Under the pieces are notes generated by a model. That model was not told the origin of the DNA. It worked only from the letters and a program-made list of their open reading frames with translations, and ran no database searches. A stretch of 62,008 nucleotides of DNA, filler included. It is 7 parts of 7 records of this genome, joined end to end, with 100 filler letters (N's around TTAATTAATTAA, not from the genome) between each part and the next. Parts side by side here need not be neighbours in the genome. Positions count along the whole stretch, not along the records: positions 1 to 19,143 come from SRR31156797_18474; positions 19,244 to 30,987 come from SRR31156797_18475; 5 more parts are not named here. One strand, written 5' to 3'. Of the stretch, positions 18,777-29,539 are shown piece by piece (positions within the stretch are counted from its first letter, which is position 1; every line of letters starts with the position of its first letter). A program made the translations under genes and the position numbers.

Positions 18777-19143
18777 ATTTTTTTAGGCGCAGATTGTTAA
18801 GAATCTTATGATTTTCACTGATTCTTAGATGATATCTGCTAAATTAAGATGTGCTTTTGGGATATTGGAAGATAAAGCTGATTATTTGTAGAAAACCTTT
18901 AGAAAGACGGGGAAGTTGAGAACTTTGTTCGAAAATCACCTCGCCACACTTAAAGTTTTCAAGTATAATTAGTTTTAGATTACGCGTCCTAGATTTTTTG
19001 CTCACTTTTTCATCAATGGAAAAAGTGTGAGCCTCTGCGGCTTGAGCAGATTAAGGATATCTTAGTTCGCTTGAAGCAGACCTTTTATTTGATCATCAAA
19101 AGCAGAAAGAGCAGCTTTTGATCCTTCGCCCATGGCAATTACA

Positions 19144-19243
19144 NNNNNNNNNNNNNNNNNNNNNNNNNNNNNNNNNNNNNNNNNNNNTTAATTAATTAAN
19201 NNNNNNNNNNNNNNNNNNNNNNNNNNNNNNNNNNNNNNNNNNN
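19144..19243. other. Artificial contig linker
   Basis: N44-TTAATTAATTAA-N44 (stops in all six frames); identical linkers at 30988-31087, 36534-36633, 41838-41937, 47707-47806 and 54915-55014. Confidence 0.98.
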
Positions 19244-19273
19244 GTGGAAGTTCGAGTCTTCTCTTCGGCACCA
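19244..19273 (+). tRNA. 3' fragment of a tRNA (probably tRNA-Leu)
   Basis: T-arm GGAAG-TTCGAGT-CTTCT plus acceptor CTTCGGC-A-CCA; the anticodon lies outside the contig. Confidence 0.8.
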
Positions 19274-19286
19274 CTCGTAAATGACG

Positions 19287-19315
19287 AAAGCCGCAACGAA
19301 AGTTGCGGCTTTTTT
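19287..19315 (+). terminator. Terminator after the tRNA
   Basis: AAAGCCGCAAC-GAAA-GTTGCGGCTTTTTT. Confidence 0.85.
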
Positions 19316-19641
19316 CGTTTATACTCCTTTCTTCTTTGCTCCATTACGAAAATCACCATTTTTCTCTGTTTTTTGCTCAAATAGCACTTTTCATAGCAAC
19401 AACCTCGCCCCACCAATGCACTTTACAAATTTTACAGCAAAAAACATGTTGTATTTTTTATTTTTTTATCATCATCCAAATCTAACTACACCACAAACGA
19501 GCGCAACTTTAAAAACAGTAAAAACAACATAACAAAATACATCAGCAACACTATATTAAGCCAATTTGACATATACTTTCCTTATGTTACCCTTTTGCCT
19601 TCTTTGTAAATTCAAACAAGGCCTACGGGCATCGTTATTAA

Positions 19642-20838
19642 ATGAAAAAATTAGTTGTCGAGAACGTCACAAAAATCTTCGGAGCAAATCCGCAAAAGGG
19701 TTTAAAGTTAGTCCGCGAAGGGCTGGATAAGGAAACAATTTTCAATCAGACAGGACTCAGTGTGGGGGTCAATCAGGCCTCCTTCTCCGCCAATGAAGGA
19801 GAACTGCTTGTCATCATGGGCCTTTCCGGCAGCGGCAAGTCTACCCTTGTACGCTGCATCAACCGCCTTATCGAACCCACAGACGGTAAAATTCTTGTGG
19901 ACGGCGTGGATGTAACCACGTTGGACGCGCCGAAAATGAGGGAATTAAGCCAGAAAAAATTGGGCATGGTTTTCCAGAACTTTGCCCTCCTGCCCCACAA
20001 GACCATCTATGAGAACGTGGAATTCGGTCTGGACCTTATGGGCAAACCAGCTGCTGAAAAACGGAAAATTTCTGAAAAAATGCTGGCTCAAGTCGGACTT
20101 GAAGGCTGGGGAAACAGCTACCCTTCACAGCTATCCGGCGGCATGCAGCAGCGTGTGGGACTGGCAAGAGCCCTTGCTCTTGACCCTGACATCCTGCTCA
20201 TGGACGAAGCTTTCTCCGCCCTTGACCCACTCATACGCCGCGATATGCAGGATGAACTTATCAAGCTGCAAAAACGCATGCACAAAACAATCATCTTCAT
20301 CAGCCACGACCTCGACGAAGCCTTGAAACTGGGTGACCGCATCGTACTCATGAAGGACGGCGTGATCGTTCAGACAGGCACCCCCGAAGAAATCCTCACC
20401 GAACCAGCCAACGACTATGTCAGACGTTTTGTAGAAGACGTGGACGCCACCAAGGTGCTCACAGCTGAAAATGTCATGAAAAAAGCAGAAGCTGTAGTCT
20501 ATGTAGCCGCAGATGGGCCGCGCGCCGCCCTGCGCAAAATGCGCAAAAACAATATTTCATCCATTTTTGCTCTCGACTCAAACGACCGCGTCCTCGGCAT
20601 TGTCCATGCTGCTGACGCGGCAAAAGCTGTTGAGACCGGAGCCAAGAAGCTTGAAGACATAATTAAACCTGCCCGTAGCGTCTCTGCCGAGACTCCTGCG
20701 CTGGAACTATATCCCATGAGGTCCGAATCCGGGTGGCCCCTTGCCGTAGTAGACGATAACGAAGAGTTTATCGGCGTTGTGGTCAGCGGCAACCTGATTG
20801 CTGCAGTAGCAGAATATGGACCGGACCCGTCAATTTAA
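19642..20838 (+). CDS. proV: Glycine betaine/proline ABC transporter ATPase with CBS domains
   Basis: [35 protein letters not shown]. Confidence 0.93.
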   Translation: MKKLVVENVTKIFGANPQKGLKLVREGLDKETIFNQTGLSVGVNQASFSANEGELLVIMGLSGSGKSTLVRCINRLIEPTDGKILVDGVDVTTLDAPKMRELSQKKLGMVFQNFALLPHKTIYENVEFGLDLMGKPAAEKRKISEKMLAQVGLEGWGNSYPSQLSGGMQQRVGLARALALDPDILLMDEAFSALDPLIRRDMQDELIKLQKRMHKTIIFISHDLDEALKLGDRIVLMKDGVIVQTGTPEEILTEPANDYVRRFVEDVDATKVLTAENVMKKAEAVVYVAADGPRAALRKMRKNNISSIFALDSNDRVLGIVHAADAAKAVETGAKKLEDIIKPARSVSAETPALELYPMRSESGWPLAVVDDNEEFIGVVVSGNLIAAVAEYGPDPSI

Positions 20839-20859
20839 TATTTTTGGAGGAATTTTGTT

Positions 20860-21870
20860 ATGAATAAAGTTAAATCCCATACAATGCTTTGGATTGCAGG
20901 TTTTGTTTTTGCCGCAATTATCAGCATTATGCCTGTTAATTCTGCACATGCAGCTGACCAGCCGGTCATTTTCGCCGACCTCAACTGGGACAGCATCCAG
21001 ATCCACAACCGTATTGCCGGATTCATCATTGAACACGGTTACGGCACAGAAGTAGAATACACTCCCGCCGGAACCGCCATTGCCTATGAAGCAATTATGC
21101 GCGGCGACATGGACGTAGACATGGAATCCTGGACCTCAAACTCGCAGCACCTCTACGATAAAGGGATCAAAGCCGGAACCCTCTTCGACCTCGGCGCTAA
21201 CTTTAAGGATGCCCGTGAGGGGTTGATGGTTCCCACCTACATGATCAAGGGTGATCCCAAACGCGGCATCAAACCCATGACACCGGAGCTCAAAACCGTT
21301 GCCGACCTCGCTAAGTACCCCGAGTATTTCAAAGATCCCGAAGATCCTTCCATGGGTCTCATTTACTCCGGCGTAACCGGGTGGACCGCAACCCAGAAGA
21401 CCGAACAGAAACTTACCAACTACGGTCTGGATGATAAATTTAACTTTCTCGCTCCCGGCTCAGATGCAGCGCTGGCCGGTTCCATGGTTTCCGCATACAA
21501 ACGCGGCAAAGGCTGGGTCGGTTACTACTGGGGACCCACCTGGGTAATGGGCATGATCGACATGACTTTCCTTGAGGAAGCACCTTATGATGCAAAAGTA
21601 TGGAACGATACCAGACTCTGCGCATACCCCAATTCCGATGTTAACATTCTCGTCGGCAAATCCCTGATGGATAGAGCCCCCGAAATCATCGATATGTTCA
21701 AGAAATACGAGACCACCATGGCCATGACTAACGAGTGTCTTGCCTACATGAAAAATGAAAAGGCAAGCCTTGAAGAGGTTGCCGAGTGGTTCCTCAAGAA
21801 CAATCAAAATATCTGGACAAAATGGGTCCCCGCAGACAAAGCAGCCAAAATCAAGGCCGCATTGAATTAA
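20860..21870 (+). CDS. proX: Glycine betaine ABC transporter substrate-binding protein
   Basis: Signal peptide; DLNWDS, YYWGPTW; operon context. Confidence 0.88.
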   Translation: MNKVKSHTMLWIAGFVFAAIISIMPVNSAHAADQPVIFADLNWDSIQIHNRIAGFIIEHGYGTEVEYTPAGTAIAYEAIMRGDMDVDMESWTSNSQHLYDKGIKAGTLFDLGANFKDAREGLMVPTYMIKGDPKRGIKPMTPELKTVADLAKYPEYFKDPEDPSMGLIYSGVTGWTATQKTEQKLTNYGLDDKFNFLAPGSDAALAGSMVSAYKRGKGWVGYYWGPTWVMGMIDMTFLEEAPYDAKVWNDTRLCAYPNSDVNILVGKSLMDRAPEIIDMFKKYETTMAMTNECLAYMKNEKASLEEVAEWFLKNNQNIWTKWVPADKAAKIKAALN

Positions 21871-21892
21871 AACATAACAATTGGATTTTATA

Positions 21893-22750
21893 ATGTATAA
21901 GTTTCCAAAGGCTCTGGAAATACCACTGGCTGACTGGGTAAACACAGGCATGACATGGGTCATGGATAACTGGGGAGCATTTTTTGATGCACTAGGCCAT
22001 GTTCTCTTGCAAATGCTTATTGCTTTACAGCAATTCTTCCTCATGATCCCTTGGTTTGTAATCATAATCGGTGTCGGCGTTGCCGGATGGTGGCTGCTCG
22101 GCAGCTGGAAACGAGGACTGGGCATGTCGGCCATGCTCTTTGTCATCGGCTGCTTCGGATACTGGAAGCTGACCATGATGACTCTGGCGCTGGTCACCGG
22201 TGCGGTAGCCATATCACTTGCAGTAGGGATTCCCGTAGGAATCTGGATGGCAAGAAGTGACCGCGCAGAGACCATCATCAAACCGATCCTCGATGCCATG
22301 CAGACCATGCCGAGCTTTGTCTACCTTATCCCGGTAATGATGCTCTTCGGCCTTGGAAAGGTTCCCGCGCTTTTCGCGACCATTATCTACTCCATGCCGC
22401 CTATCATCCGTCTGACAAATGTGGGTATCCGCGAAGTTCCTAAAGACGTCATTGAAGCGGCCCGAGCCTTTGGTGCCACCCCCATGCAGACATTGTTCAA
22501 GGTACAGCTGCCTCTGGCAAGGCCAACCATTGTTGTCGGTATCAATCAGACAACTATGATGGCTCTGGCAATGGTTGTTGTGGCCTCCATGATCGGAGCG
22601 AAAGGACTGGGTATGGAAGTGCTGGTTGCCATTAACCGCATTGATATCGGCATGGGCTTTGAAGCTGGTCTATCCATCGTGTTTCTGGCGATCATCATTG
22701 ACCGCCTGACCCACGCTATGGCAGTACGCAATACCCACGACGCTAAATAA
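21893..22750 (+). CDS. proW: Glycine betaine ABC transporter permease
   Basis: DAMQTMPSFVYLIP, EAARAFG, GINQTTMMAL. Confidence 0.92.
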   Translation: MYKFPKALEIPLADWVNTGMTWVMDNWGAFFDALGHVLLQMLIALQQFFLMIPWFVIIIGVGVAGWWLLGSWKRGLGMSAMLFVIGCFGYWKLTMMTLALVTGAVAISLAVGIPVGIWMARSDRAETIIKPILDAMQTMPSFVYLIPVMMLFGLGKVPALFATIIYSMPPIIRLTNVGIREVPKDVIEAARAFGATPMQTLFKVQLPLARPTIVVGINQTTMMALAMVVVASMIGAKGLGMEVLVAINRIDIGMGFEAGLSIVFLAIIIDRLTHAMAVRNTHDAK

Positions 22751-22766
22751 TTCCAGTAAAGTTCAC

Positions 22767-22808
22767 AAAAAAAAGGCCGCAACATCTTCAGATGTTGCGG
22801 CCTTTTTT
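22767..22808. terminator. Bidirectional terminator
   Basis: A-tract-GGCCGCAACATC-TTCA-GATGTTGCGGCC-T-tract. Confidence 0.9.
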
Positions 22809-22901
22809 AATGCTTCTAGATTCCATTTCCTTTTCTAATGGAAAAATTCCATCGATCTAGTATACTGCAGGCCTAACCTAAATGAACATGGAGAACTCAA
22901 A

Positions 22902-23564
22902 ATGAAAAAGTCCTATTCCCGTATGATAGTTGTTTCCCTGTTGACCGTAGCATGCATGCTTTTTCAGACCTCGGCAGTATTGGCATTCAGTCTGAACGAC
23001 CTCTCCTCATCTGCTGAAACAGCTAAGAGTGCGGCAGAAGGTGCAAGCCTGCTCGACCGGGCCCAAAACGTCTATACTGGATTTTACGATTCCACGGAAA
23101 ATCTAGTTGATGCCCAGACCACTACCATGAGCCTGCTCAATCCTGACGAAGGAGCTGCCCTGACTTCAAAACTCGGTGATATTGATTCCGGCTCAACTTT
23201 TACCAGACTTGCCAAGCTGGTAGGATTTTCCGAGAGCATGGATGCCGGGACAACAGACTCCTCCCTGACCTCAAAACTGACCAAAATAATCACTACCCCC
23301 GGCAGCTTTGAAAAAGCTAAAAAAGTATACGATCATGCATCCACCGCTTACACTTCCGGAAACAATTCCGTAAGCGAAGCCAAAACCCTATACACAGAAA
23401 TCAAGGCCTTCATTGCCTCACCTTCAGCCAAGGGAATCAGCGAGACTCTGCTTTCCGGGTTGGGTGAATATTCCGATAAGATTCTCCCCTTCATCATTGA
23501 GCACGGTCCGGCGCGGGTAAAGACTGCCGCCCATATTGCCGATGCATTCAAGGGATTTTTGTAG
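22902..23564 (+). CDS. Hypothetical secreted protein
   Basis: GGAG RBS; signal peptide ending VLA; 220 aa. Confidence 0.75.
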   Translation: MKKSYSRMIVVSLLTVACMLFQTSAVLAFSLNDLSSSAETAKSAAEGASLLDRAQNVYTGFYDSTENLVDAQTTTMSLLNPDEGAALTSKLGDIDSGSTFTRLAKLVGFSESMDAGTTDSSLTSKLTKIITTPGSFEKAKKVYDHASTAYTSGNNSVSEAKTLYTEIKAFIASPSAKGISETLLSGLGEYSDKILPFIIEHGPARVKTAAHIADAFKGFL

Positions 23565-23660
23565 AGTAGAAAGGGCCTAAGGCCCTTTGGAATCCCTATT
23601 AGTAAAAAGCCCTGTCTGCCAAATTGGTAGTCAGGGATTTTTACGGAGTACGGGATAAGG

Positions 23661-24542
23661 CTAATTAAAATATCCGTCACTCTTCAAATCAGTAATCAAT
23701 CTCTCGCACATGGCTGCGCGGTTCAGGCTATAGATATGCACTCCGGGCGCGCCTTTATCGAGCAGGTCCGCAATCTGGTTGCGGGCAAAGTCAAAACCGA
23801 ACTCCATAACCGCTTCATCGCCACCCTTTTCAAAAGCCTTTTCCACCCCGCAATAAAGATCACCGGGAATTGCTGCCCCACACAGGGACATGATCCGGCG
23901 CAATGAACTTAATGACTGGATAGGCAGGACACCGGGGATTACCGGGGCAGTACTGCCCAGCTCGGCCAGCCTGTCCACGTAATCGAAGTAAAGTCTGTTA
24001 TCGAAGAAAAGCTGGGTCATGGTAAAATCCGCGCCCTTAGATAGCTTGGAGCTATGGATTTCAATATCAGTGGCAATAGACGGAGACTCGGGATGTCCAC
24101 CGGGATATCCAGCCACAGCTATTCCTACTTTGGAAAACTTATCATCAACATATTCCACAAGGTCAGAAGCGTGGAAAAAACGACTTTGCCCATCTCCATT
24201 AGCGTCTTTAACCCCGTCTCCCCCTAAAGCAAGAATATCTGAAACCCCGGCCTCACCAAGTCTGGATACGAACTCGTTGATGGACTGCTCGCTGGCACCA
24301 ACACAGGTGAGATGAGCTATGATATCAATGCCCACATCCTTTTTCAGCAGGGAGCAGATCTCAAGGGAATTGTCATGACTGGTTCCGCCTGCTCCATAAG
24401 TAACTGAGGCGAAGAGAGGCTTAAGGGCGGCCAGTCTTGCTGCCCTTTCCATAAATATGGGCCATGTGGATTTATCCTTGGGCGGAAAAAATTCAAAAGA
24501 AAAGAACTGTCCTGCCTCATTGATATTCTGTGCCACCTGCAT
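23661..24542 (-). CDS. metF: 5,10-methylenetetrahydrofolate reductase
   Basis: FSFEFFPPK, SVTYGAGG, AHLTC, TQLFFD; start MQVAQ has a GGAG RBS. Confidence 0.93.
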   Translation of the reverse strand: MQVAQNINEAGQFFSFEFFPPKDKSTWPIFMERAARLAALKPLFASVTYGAGGTSHDNSLEICSLLKKDVGIDIIAHLTCVGASEQSINEFVSRLGEAGVSDILALGGDGVKDANGDGQSRFFHASDLVEYVDDKFSKVGIAVAGYPGGHPESPSIATDIEIHSSKLSKGADFTMTQLFFDNRLYFDYVDRLAELGSTAPVIPGVLPIQSLSSLRRIMSLCGAAIPGDLYCGVEKAFEKGGDEAVMEFGFDFARNQIADLLDKGAPGVHIYSLNRAAMCERLITDLKSDGYFN

Positions 24543-24612
24543 TTTAATTCTCCATTTTTGTCTGCTTGATTCCCGGACCGCAGGCACGGTCCGGGGAATT
24601 TATACATTTTTT

Positions 24613-26889
24613 TTATTGAATTTTACGACGAACTTTCTGCGCCGCCTGAACCATATTTTTAAGGGCTGGGGCAACCTCATCCCATTTGCGGGTTTTGAGT
24701 CCGCAATCGGGGTTCACCCAGAGCCGTTCTGCGGGAATAACTTCCAGAGCTTTTTCCAGCAGCAGAGCCATATCGTCAGCAGCCGGGATAGCCGGACTAT
24801 GGATGTCATACACACCGGGACCGACTTCATTGGGATAGCTGAACTGTCTGAAACTGCCCAAAAGCTCCATGCGGCTGCGGCTGGCCTCAATGCTGATCAC
24901 GTCGGCATCAAGAGCGGCAATGGAATCCATGATCTCATCGAATTCGCAGTAGCACATGTGAGTATGAATCTGGGTGGAATCTTCCACACAGGAAGCGGAA
25001 AGGCGAAAGCACTCCTCTGCCCATTTCAAATATTCCGGCTGCTCTGTCTTGCGTAGGGGCAGTCCTTCACGCAAGGCTGGTTCGTCAATCTGAATAACTT
25101 TGACTCCGCTCTTCTCAAGATCGGCAACTTCGTCACGTACTGCCAGCGCGATCTGACGGCAGGTTTCACTACGCGGCTGATCGTCACGAACAAAACTCCA
25201 GCAAAGAATAGTTACCGGCCCGGTGAGCATACCCTTAACCTCGCGTTCGGAAAGGGAACGGGCATAATTGATCCACTCTACGGTGATGGGAGCGGGACGG
25301 GAAACATCCCCGAAAATCACCGGAGGCTTTACACAGCGTGAACCGTAACTCTGCACCCAACCGTTGGACGTAAAGCTGTAACCGTCAAAGTTTTCTCCGA
25401 AATATTCAACCATATCATTGCGTTCCGGCTCGCCATGAACCAGCACATCAAGACCGATCTCCTCCTGACGGCGGATGCAATCCTCGATGTATCCACGCAT
25501 GAAACTTTCATAATCAGCGCGCTCAATCCGTCCATTCTTGAAACCGCTTCTGGTGGAACGCACCTCCGGTATCTGGGGAAAGGAACCAATGGTGGTGGTT
25601 GGCAAAAGAGGAAAGCCAAGCCCACGCTGGATTTCAGCACGTTTTTCATAGACAGAGTTTCGATGGTAATCCTTAGGCGTAAGTGCAGCTAACCGTTTGG
25701 CAACCTGCGGATTATTCACCCTTGGGCTGTTTTTACGACTCTCAAGGATTCGACGATTCTCAACGAGAACTGCTTCTACTTCTTTACCTGTCACAGCATC
25801 GGCGATGGTCCTGATTTCAACGCATTTCTGACGCGCAAAAGCCATCCATGATTTAATCTCAGCATCCAGTTTGGTTTCCAGATCAAGATCAAAAGGCACA
25901 TGCAGGAGTGAACAGGAAGGAGCCACCAGCACCCGATCATTGCCGAGAATAACATGTGCGGATTTAACCGCACTCACAGCCCGGTCAAGATCGCCCCGCC
26001 AAATATTTCTGCCGTCAACCACACCGAGAGATAGACTCAAATTATCCGAAAGATTAGCCAACAGAGGGTCAAGGTCCTGCGCCCCCCGCACAAGATCCAC
26101 GTGCAATCCGTCAACAGGCAGGCTGGCGGCGGTTTCAAGATTATCCCCAAGACCGCCGAAATATGAAGCAACCATGATTTTACTGTCAGCAGCAGCTTCC
26201 TTGAAAGTGCGATAAACAGGGCTGAACAGTTTACGTACGGACTCTTCAAGATCGAGAGCCAGTACAGGTTCATCAAACTGAATCCATTCGCACTTAGCAG
26301 AAAGTTTTTCAACAAGCTCCGCATAAACGGGTAACAGTTTTTCCAGCAGGTCCAGACGGTCAAATTCCTGTTCCGCACATTTACCCAGCAGCAGAAAAGT
26401 CAATGGTCCGGGCAGCACTGCCTTGACTCTATGTCCAAGCTGAGCCGCTTCATCCACCTGCTCGAGGATACTGTCATCAGCAAGGCAAAAGTCCTGATCT
26501 TTGCTGAATTCAGGAACTATATAGTGGTAGTTGGTATCGAACCATTTAGTCATTTCCATGGCTGTCACGCCATTTTCTCCGGCTTCGCCACGAGCCATCC
26601 TGAAATAATCATCAAGTGAGGCTTTACCGCCTTCCACTTTATATCTTGCGGGGATAACTCCGAATCTTACCGCATTGTCGAGCATATGGTCGTAGTAGGA
26701 AAAATCACCTACCGGAAGCAGATCAACCCCGGCCAGCTTCTGGTCTTCCCAGTGCAGCGCGCGGAGTTTCTTGGCGGTCAAGACAAGATCATCCGCCCCG
26801 GCTTCACCTTTCCAGCAAGATTCAAGTTTGCGTTTCAGTTCGCGATTACTACCCATTCTGGGATAGCCTAAAGTGTGCGTCAGCATCAT
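24613..26889 (-). CDS. metE: Cobalamin-independent methionine synthase
   Basis: EMTKWFDTNYHY, HGEPERNDMV, HTHMCY, NPDCGLKTR. Confidence 0.97.
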   Translation of the reverse strand: MMLTHTLGYPRMGSNRELKRKLESCWKGEAGADDLVLTAKKLRALHWEDQKLAGVDLLPVGDFSYYDHMLDNAVRFGVIPARYKVEGGKASLDDYFRMARGEAGENGVTAMEMTKWFDTNYHYIVPEFSKDQDFCLADDSILEQVDEAAQLGHRVKAVLPGPLTFLLLGKCAEQEFDRLDLLEKLLPVYAELVEKLSAKCEWIQFDEPVLALDLEESVRKLFSPVYRTFKEAAADSKIMVASYFGGLGDNLETAASLPVDGLHVDLVRGAQDLDPLLANLSDNLSLSLGVVDGRNIWRGDLDRAVSAVKSAHVILGNDRVLVAPSCSLLHVPFDLDLETKLDAEIKSWMAFARQKCVEIRTIADAVTGKEVEAVLVENRRILESRKNSPRVNNPQVAKRLAALTPKDYHRNSVYEKRAEIQRGLGFPLLPTTTIGSFPQIPEVRSTRSGFKNGRIERADYESFMRGYIEDCIRRQEEIGLDVLVHGEPERNDMVEYFGENFDGYSFTSNGWVQSYGSRCVKPPVIFGDVSRPAPITVEWINYARSLSEREVKGMLTGPVTILCWSFVRDDQPRSETCRQIALAVRDEVADLEKSGVKVIQIDEPALREGLPLRKTEQPEYLKWAEECFRLSASCVEDSTQIHTHMCYCEFDEIMDSIAALDADVISIEASRSRMELLGSFRQFSYPNEVGPGVYDIHSPAIPAADDMALLLEKALEVIPAERLWVNPDCGLKTRKWDEVAPALKNMVQAAQKVRRKIQ

Positions 26890-26976
26890 AAGTCTCCATG
26901 TTCAAAGTGTCCGCCTGCTGGCGGCGGGACTATCATCCCTGTTTCACAGACCTGTTCGCGAGGCCTGGCACTCACT

Positions 26977-27130
26977 CCCGCAGGACGTCTTCTGGCTTCC
27001 GGATCTGTTTGACGCACAGCACCGCTCCTTCCCGTTTTTCCAACAGTGGGCCGATACTATTCCTTCATAATTTACCCGGTTACAGCAGCGCGCCTGCTAC
27101 GGATTTTCACCGTCTTCCGTTTCCTGCGGG
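26977..27130 (-). ncRNA. Cobalamin (B12) riboswitch upstream of metE
   Basis: Minus strand: P1 CCCGCAGG/CCTGCGGG, CGGTGAAAATCCG T-loop, GCTGTAA, CCACTG...GGGAAG, B12-box AAGCCAGAAGAC. Confidence 0.85.
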
Positions 27131-27238
27131 CGCATACAAATCCAACTTCAATATATATAAATATTGTTATATAGTGATAAAGAAATGACATTCTTCACCC
27201 CCAAAGTCAAGCGCGACGAAAATTTTGCTGAGACAAAC

Positions 27239-27269
27239 AAAAAGGCCCCCGGATCAAATCCGGGGGCCT
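27239..27269 (-). terminator. Rho-independent terminator
   Basis: AGGCCCCCGGAT-loop-ATCCGGGGGCCT with a T-tract on the minus strand. Confidence 0.8.
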
Positions 27270-27297
27270 CAAATAAAAACTTTATTATTACGCTAAA

Positions 27298-27873
27298 CTA
27301 ATCACAATCCCTAACACTGAATTTTTCACGAAAATTTCCACTGGTAGCGGGAAACTTTGACAATGCGCCCTTGACCAGACAGCGACCGACAATGTCCAAC
27401 CCCTCACGGTCCTGACTTGTGGCCATGCCACGCCAGAGGTAGGTTTTCATACCTTCATTTTCAGGGGTCATCATGTAGATACGCACAGTGTTGTCCACTC
27501 GGGGGGCATCAGCTGTCTTAACTACTCCGATCTCAGTATTAGTCTTGCTAATATAGTCGTACTCGTAAGCTTCCCGTTTGTAAGTTACTCCCCTTTCCAT
27601 GAAAGCCTTGGAACCGAAATTAACTACAACCATAAAATCCGGTGAATTGGGATCGTAGCTGAAACCTTTTGCTTCGAGTTCCAGTTTGGCTGTGTTGAGC
27701 AGGATAGCTTCAAGATCTTTCTTAGATTCGCTCTTCTGCTTAAAAGAGAAAGTTTTCAATCCGTTAAAATCAGCACCCGGGACAGGTTTATTCTCAACAT
27801 CCATATTCACGTATACGCACCCGGAAAGCATCATCCCGATTAGCGCAAAAACAACGAGTAACTTCCTCACCAC
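27298..27873 (-). CDS. DUF4136-like lipoprotein
   Basis: Lipobox LSGC; ADFNGLKTFSF; ELEAKGF...PDF; LWRG. Confidence 0.7.
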   Translation of the reverse strand: MVRKLLVVFALIGMMLSGCVYVNMDVENKPVPGADFNGLKTFSFKQKSESKKDLEAILLNTAKLELEAKGFSYDPNSPDFMVVVNFGSKAFMERGVTYKREAYEYDYISKTNTEIGVVKTADAPRVDNTVRIYMMTPENEGMKTYLWRGMATSQDREGLDIVGRCLVKGALSKFPATSGNFREKFSVRDCD

Positions 27874-28029
27874 ATTCTCCTGACTTTATTAGTTACGGCC
27901 TTCCCCTTAAATTCAGACCGCATTAAATACAATATTACACATTCCTATAACATAACCATTTAACTTTTTTAACGCCTTTAGCCAAGAGTTAAAACAGATT
28001 CAATGGGAAAAGTCTTCTGCATGTTAACA

Positions 28030-29319
28030 TCAATCATAAAAGCAGACCCGATTGCGCCCGGAACTTTTCGCATCATACAAAGCCATATCTGCCATACGCA
28101 GTAACCGTTCAGGGTCCAGCCTGCGTGAGCTCATCGTCGCGACCCCGAAGCTTGCAGTACATTGGATTGCTCCATCTAAAGCAGAAATTTCACTGCCTGC
28201 AAATTTCACGCGCAAACGCTCAGCCACAGAGATACCGCCCGCAAGGTCTGTCCCGGGCAAAAATATTGCGAATTCCTCTCCGCCCATTCTGGCAAAGACA
28301 TCCTCTCCCCTGATCACGGACCGACAAATATCAGCAAAAGATCTCAAGACCTCATCTCCGACTTCATGTCCATGGGAATCGTTAATATTCTTGAAATTAT
28401 CAAGATCAACCATCAACATTGCAGGCCCAACAGGACTCCGCTTCTCGCTACTCATAAACAGCTCAACCTGCCGGAAAAATTCCCTGCGGTTGAAAGCACC
28501 GGTAAGGCTGTCTGTTGTTGCCAACAGGACCAAGCGGTCTTCTTCAGTCTTGCGCAAAGAGATATCATCCACTACCCAAAGTACACCGCGATTCAAATCA
28601 GCAGGCACATTAACATCCACAGCCTGCCCGGAAAGGGAACACCAAAGCGGCTTACCGTCACTGCGCCGCAATTGGTATTCAATGTTTACCTGAGCCTTAT
28701 TCACGAGGGTGTAGTAATACTGCTCACCAAATTCATGGAATTTTTCTTCGGAGAGATGCAGGTCGAGCATACTCAAACCGACCATATCAGCAGGCGACTC
28801 ATACCCCAGAATATCAGCAAGAGCCTGATTAGCCCTCTTCAGAATTCTTCCACCCTGCAGGAACATCATTCCGACCCGGCTGTTCTCAAAAATAATTTTG
28901 AGTTCATTCAGGGTTTCACGGAGCTCCATTTCGGTTGCTTTCAAATAAGAAATATCGCGCATAGCTGAAATACGGTATATCCTGTCACGGAGCTCTACGG
29001 TCCGCCCACGAATTTCAGCAGGAAAGACAGAACCATCTTTACGTCTGCCCATGACAAAGTAAGGCTGGTTATATCGGATAGAAATTTTATCTTTCACAAG
29101 ATCACGATAATCCTCGGCAATAAATTCCAATCCGTGCATACCGAGAACTTCCCCATGCGAATACCCCAAAACTTTTAGAACTTCCTTATTGACTGCCACG
29201 CAACGCATATCTTCACCAAACACGCCAATGGACTCGGAAGAAGAGTCCGCAATAAGAGTCTGCAATTCAAGTTGTTCTTTTAATTCAAATATATACTTTT
29301 GAAGTTTATCAGCCCCCAT
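28030..29319 (-). CDS. PAS-PAS-GGDEF diguanylate cyclase
   Basis: Two PAS/PAC domains; DSLTGAFNRR, RGED I-site, GGEEF. Confidence 0.92.
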   Translation of the reverse strand: MGADKLQKYIFELKEQLELQTLIADSSSESIGVFGEDMRCVAVNKEVLKVLGYSHGEVLGMHGLEFIAEDYRDLVKDKISIRYNQPYFVMGRRKDGSVFPAEIRGRTVELRDRIYRISAMRDISYLKATEMELRETLNELKIIFENSRVGMMFLQGGRILKRANQALADILGYESPADMVGLSMLDLHLSEEKFHEFGEQYYYTLVNKAQVNIEYQLRRSDGKPLWCSLSGQAVDVNVPADLNRGVLWVVDDISLRKTEEDRLVLLATTDSLTGAFNRREFFRQVELFMSSEKRSPVGPAMLMVDLDNFKNINDSHGHEVGDEVLRSFADICRSVIRGEDVFARMGGEEFAIFLPGTDLAGGISVAERLRVKFAGSEISALDGAIQCTASFGVATMSSRRLDPERLLRMADMALYDAKSSGRNRVCFYD

Positions 29320-29539
29320 AAATCTCCCCGCATTTATAAATCCACTTACTTCAATAATACCTTATGAAACGACTACAACTCTCGTCAACATAGTATAAAA
29401 CTGGCACACGGACTTGTCCTACAACCATCTAAACACAACAAAGACAGAGCAACGGAATACATTTCGACTTGGCCATACAGAAAAAATAATTCACATGCAG
29501 TTATTAAAGCTTTAGTGTTCGCCCGCTGGGGAGGTAAAT

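Noticed and set aside
19188-19199. Recurrent TTAATTAATTAA palindrome
   Set aside because: Always embedded in N44 pads; an artificial six-frame-stop linker. ORF-track entries running through the Ns are artefactual at those ends.
21460-22308. Long antisense ORFs (also 24457-25056, 28052-28693, 28366-28968, 37929-38450)
   Set aside because: They lie opposite well-supported genes in GC-richer contigs and have no motifs.
29402-29417. Sigma54 promoter upstream of the PilZ gene
   Set aside because: TGGCAC is present, but the -12 element is off by one base and reads TTGT.
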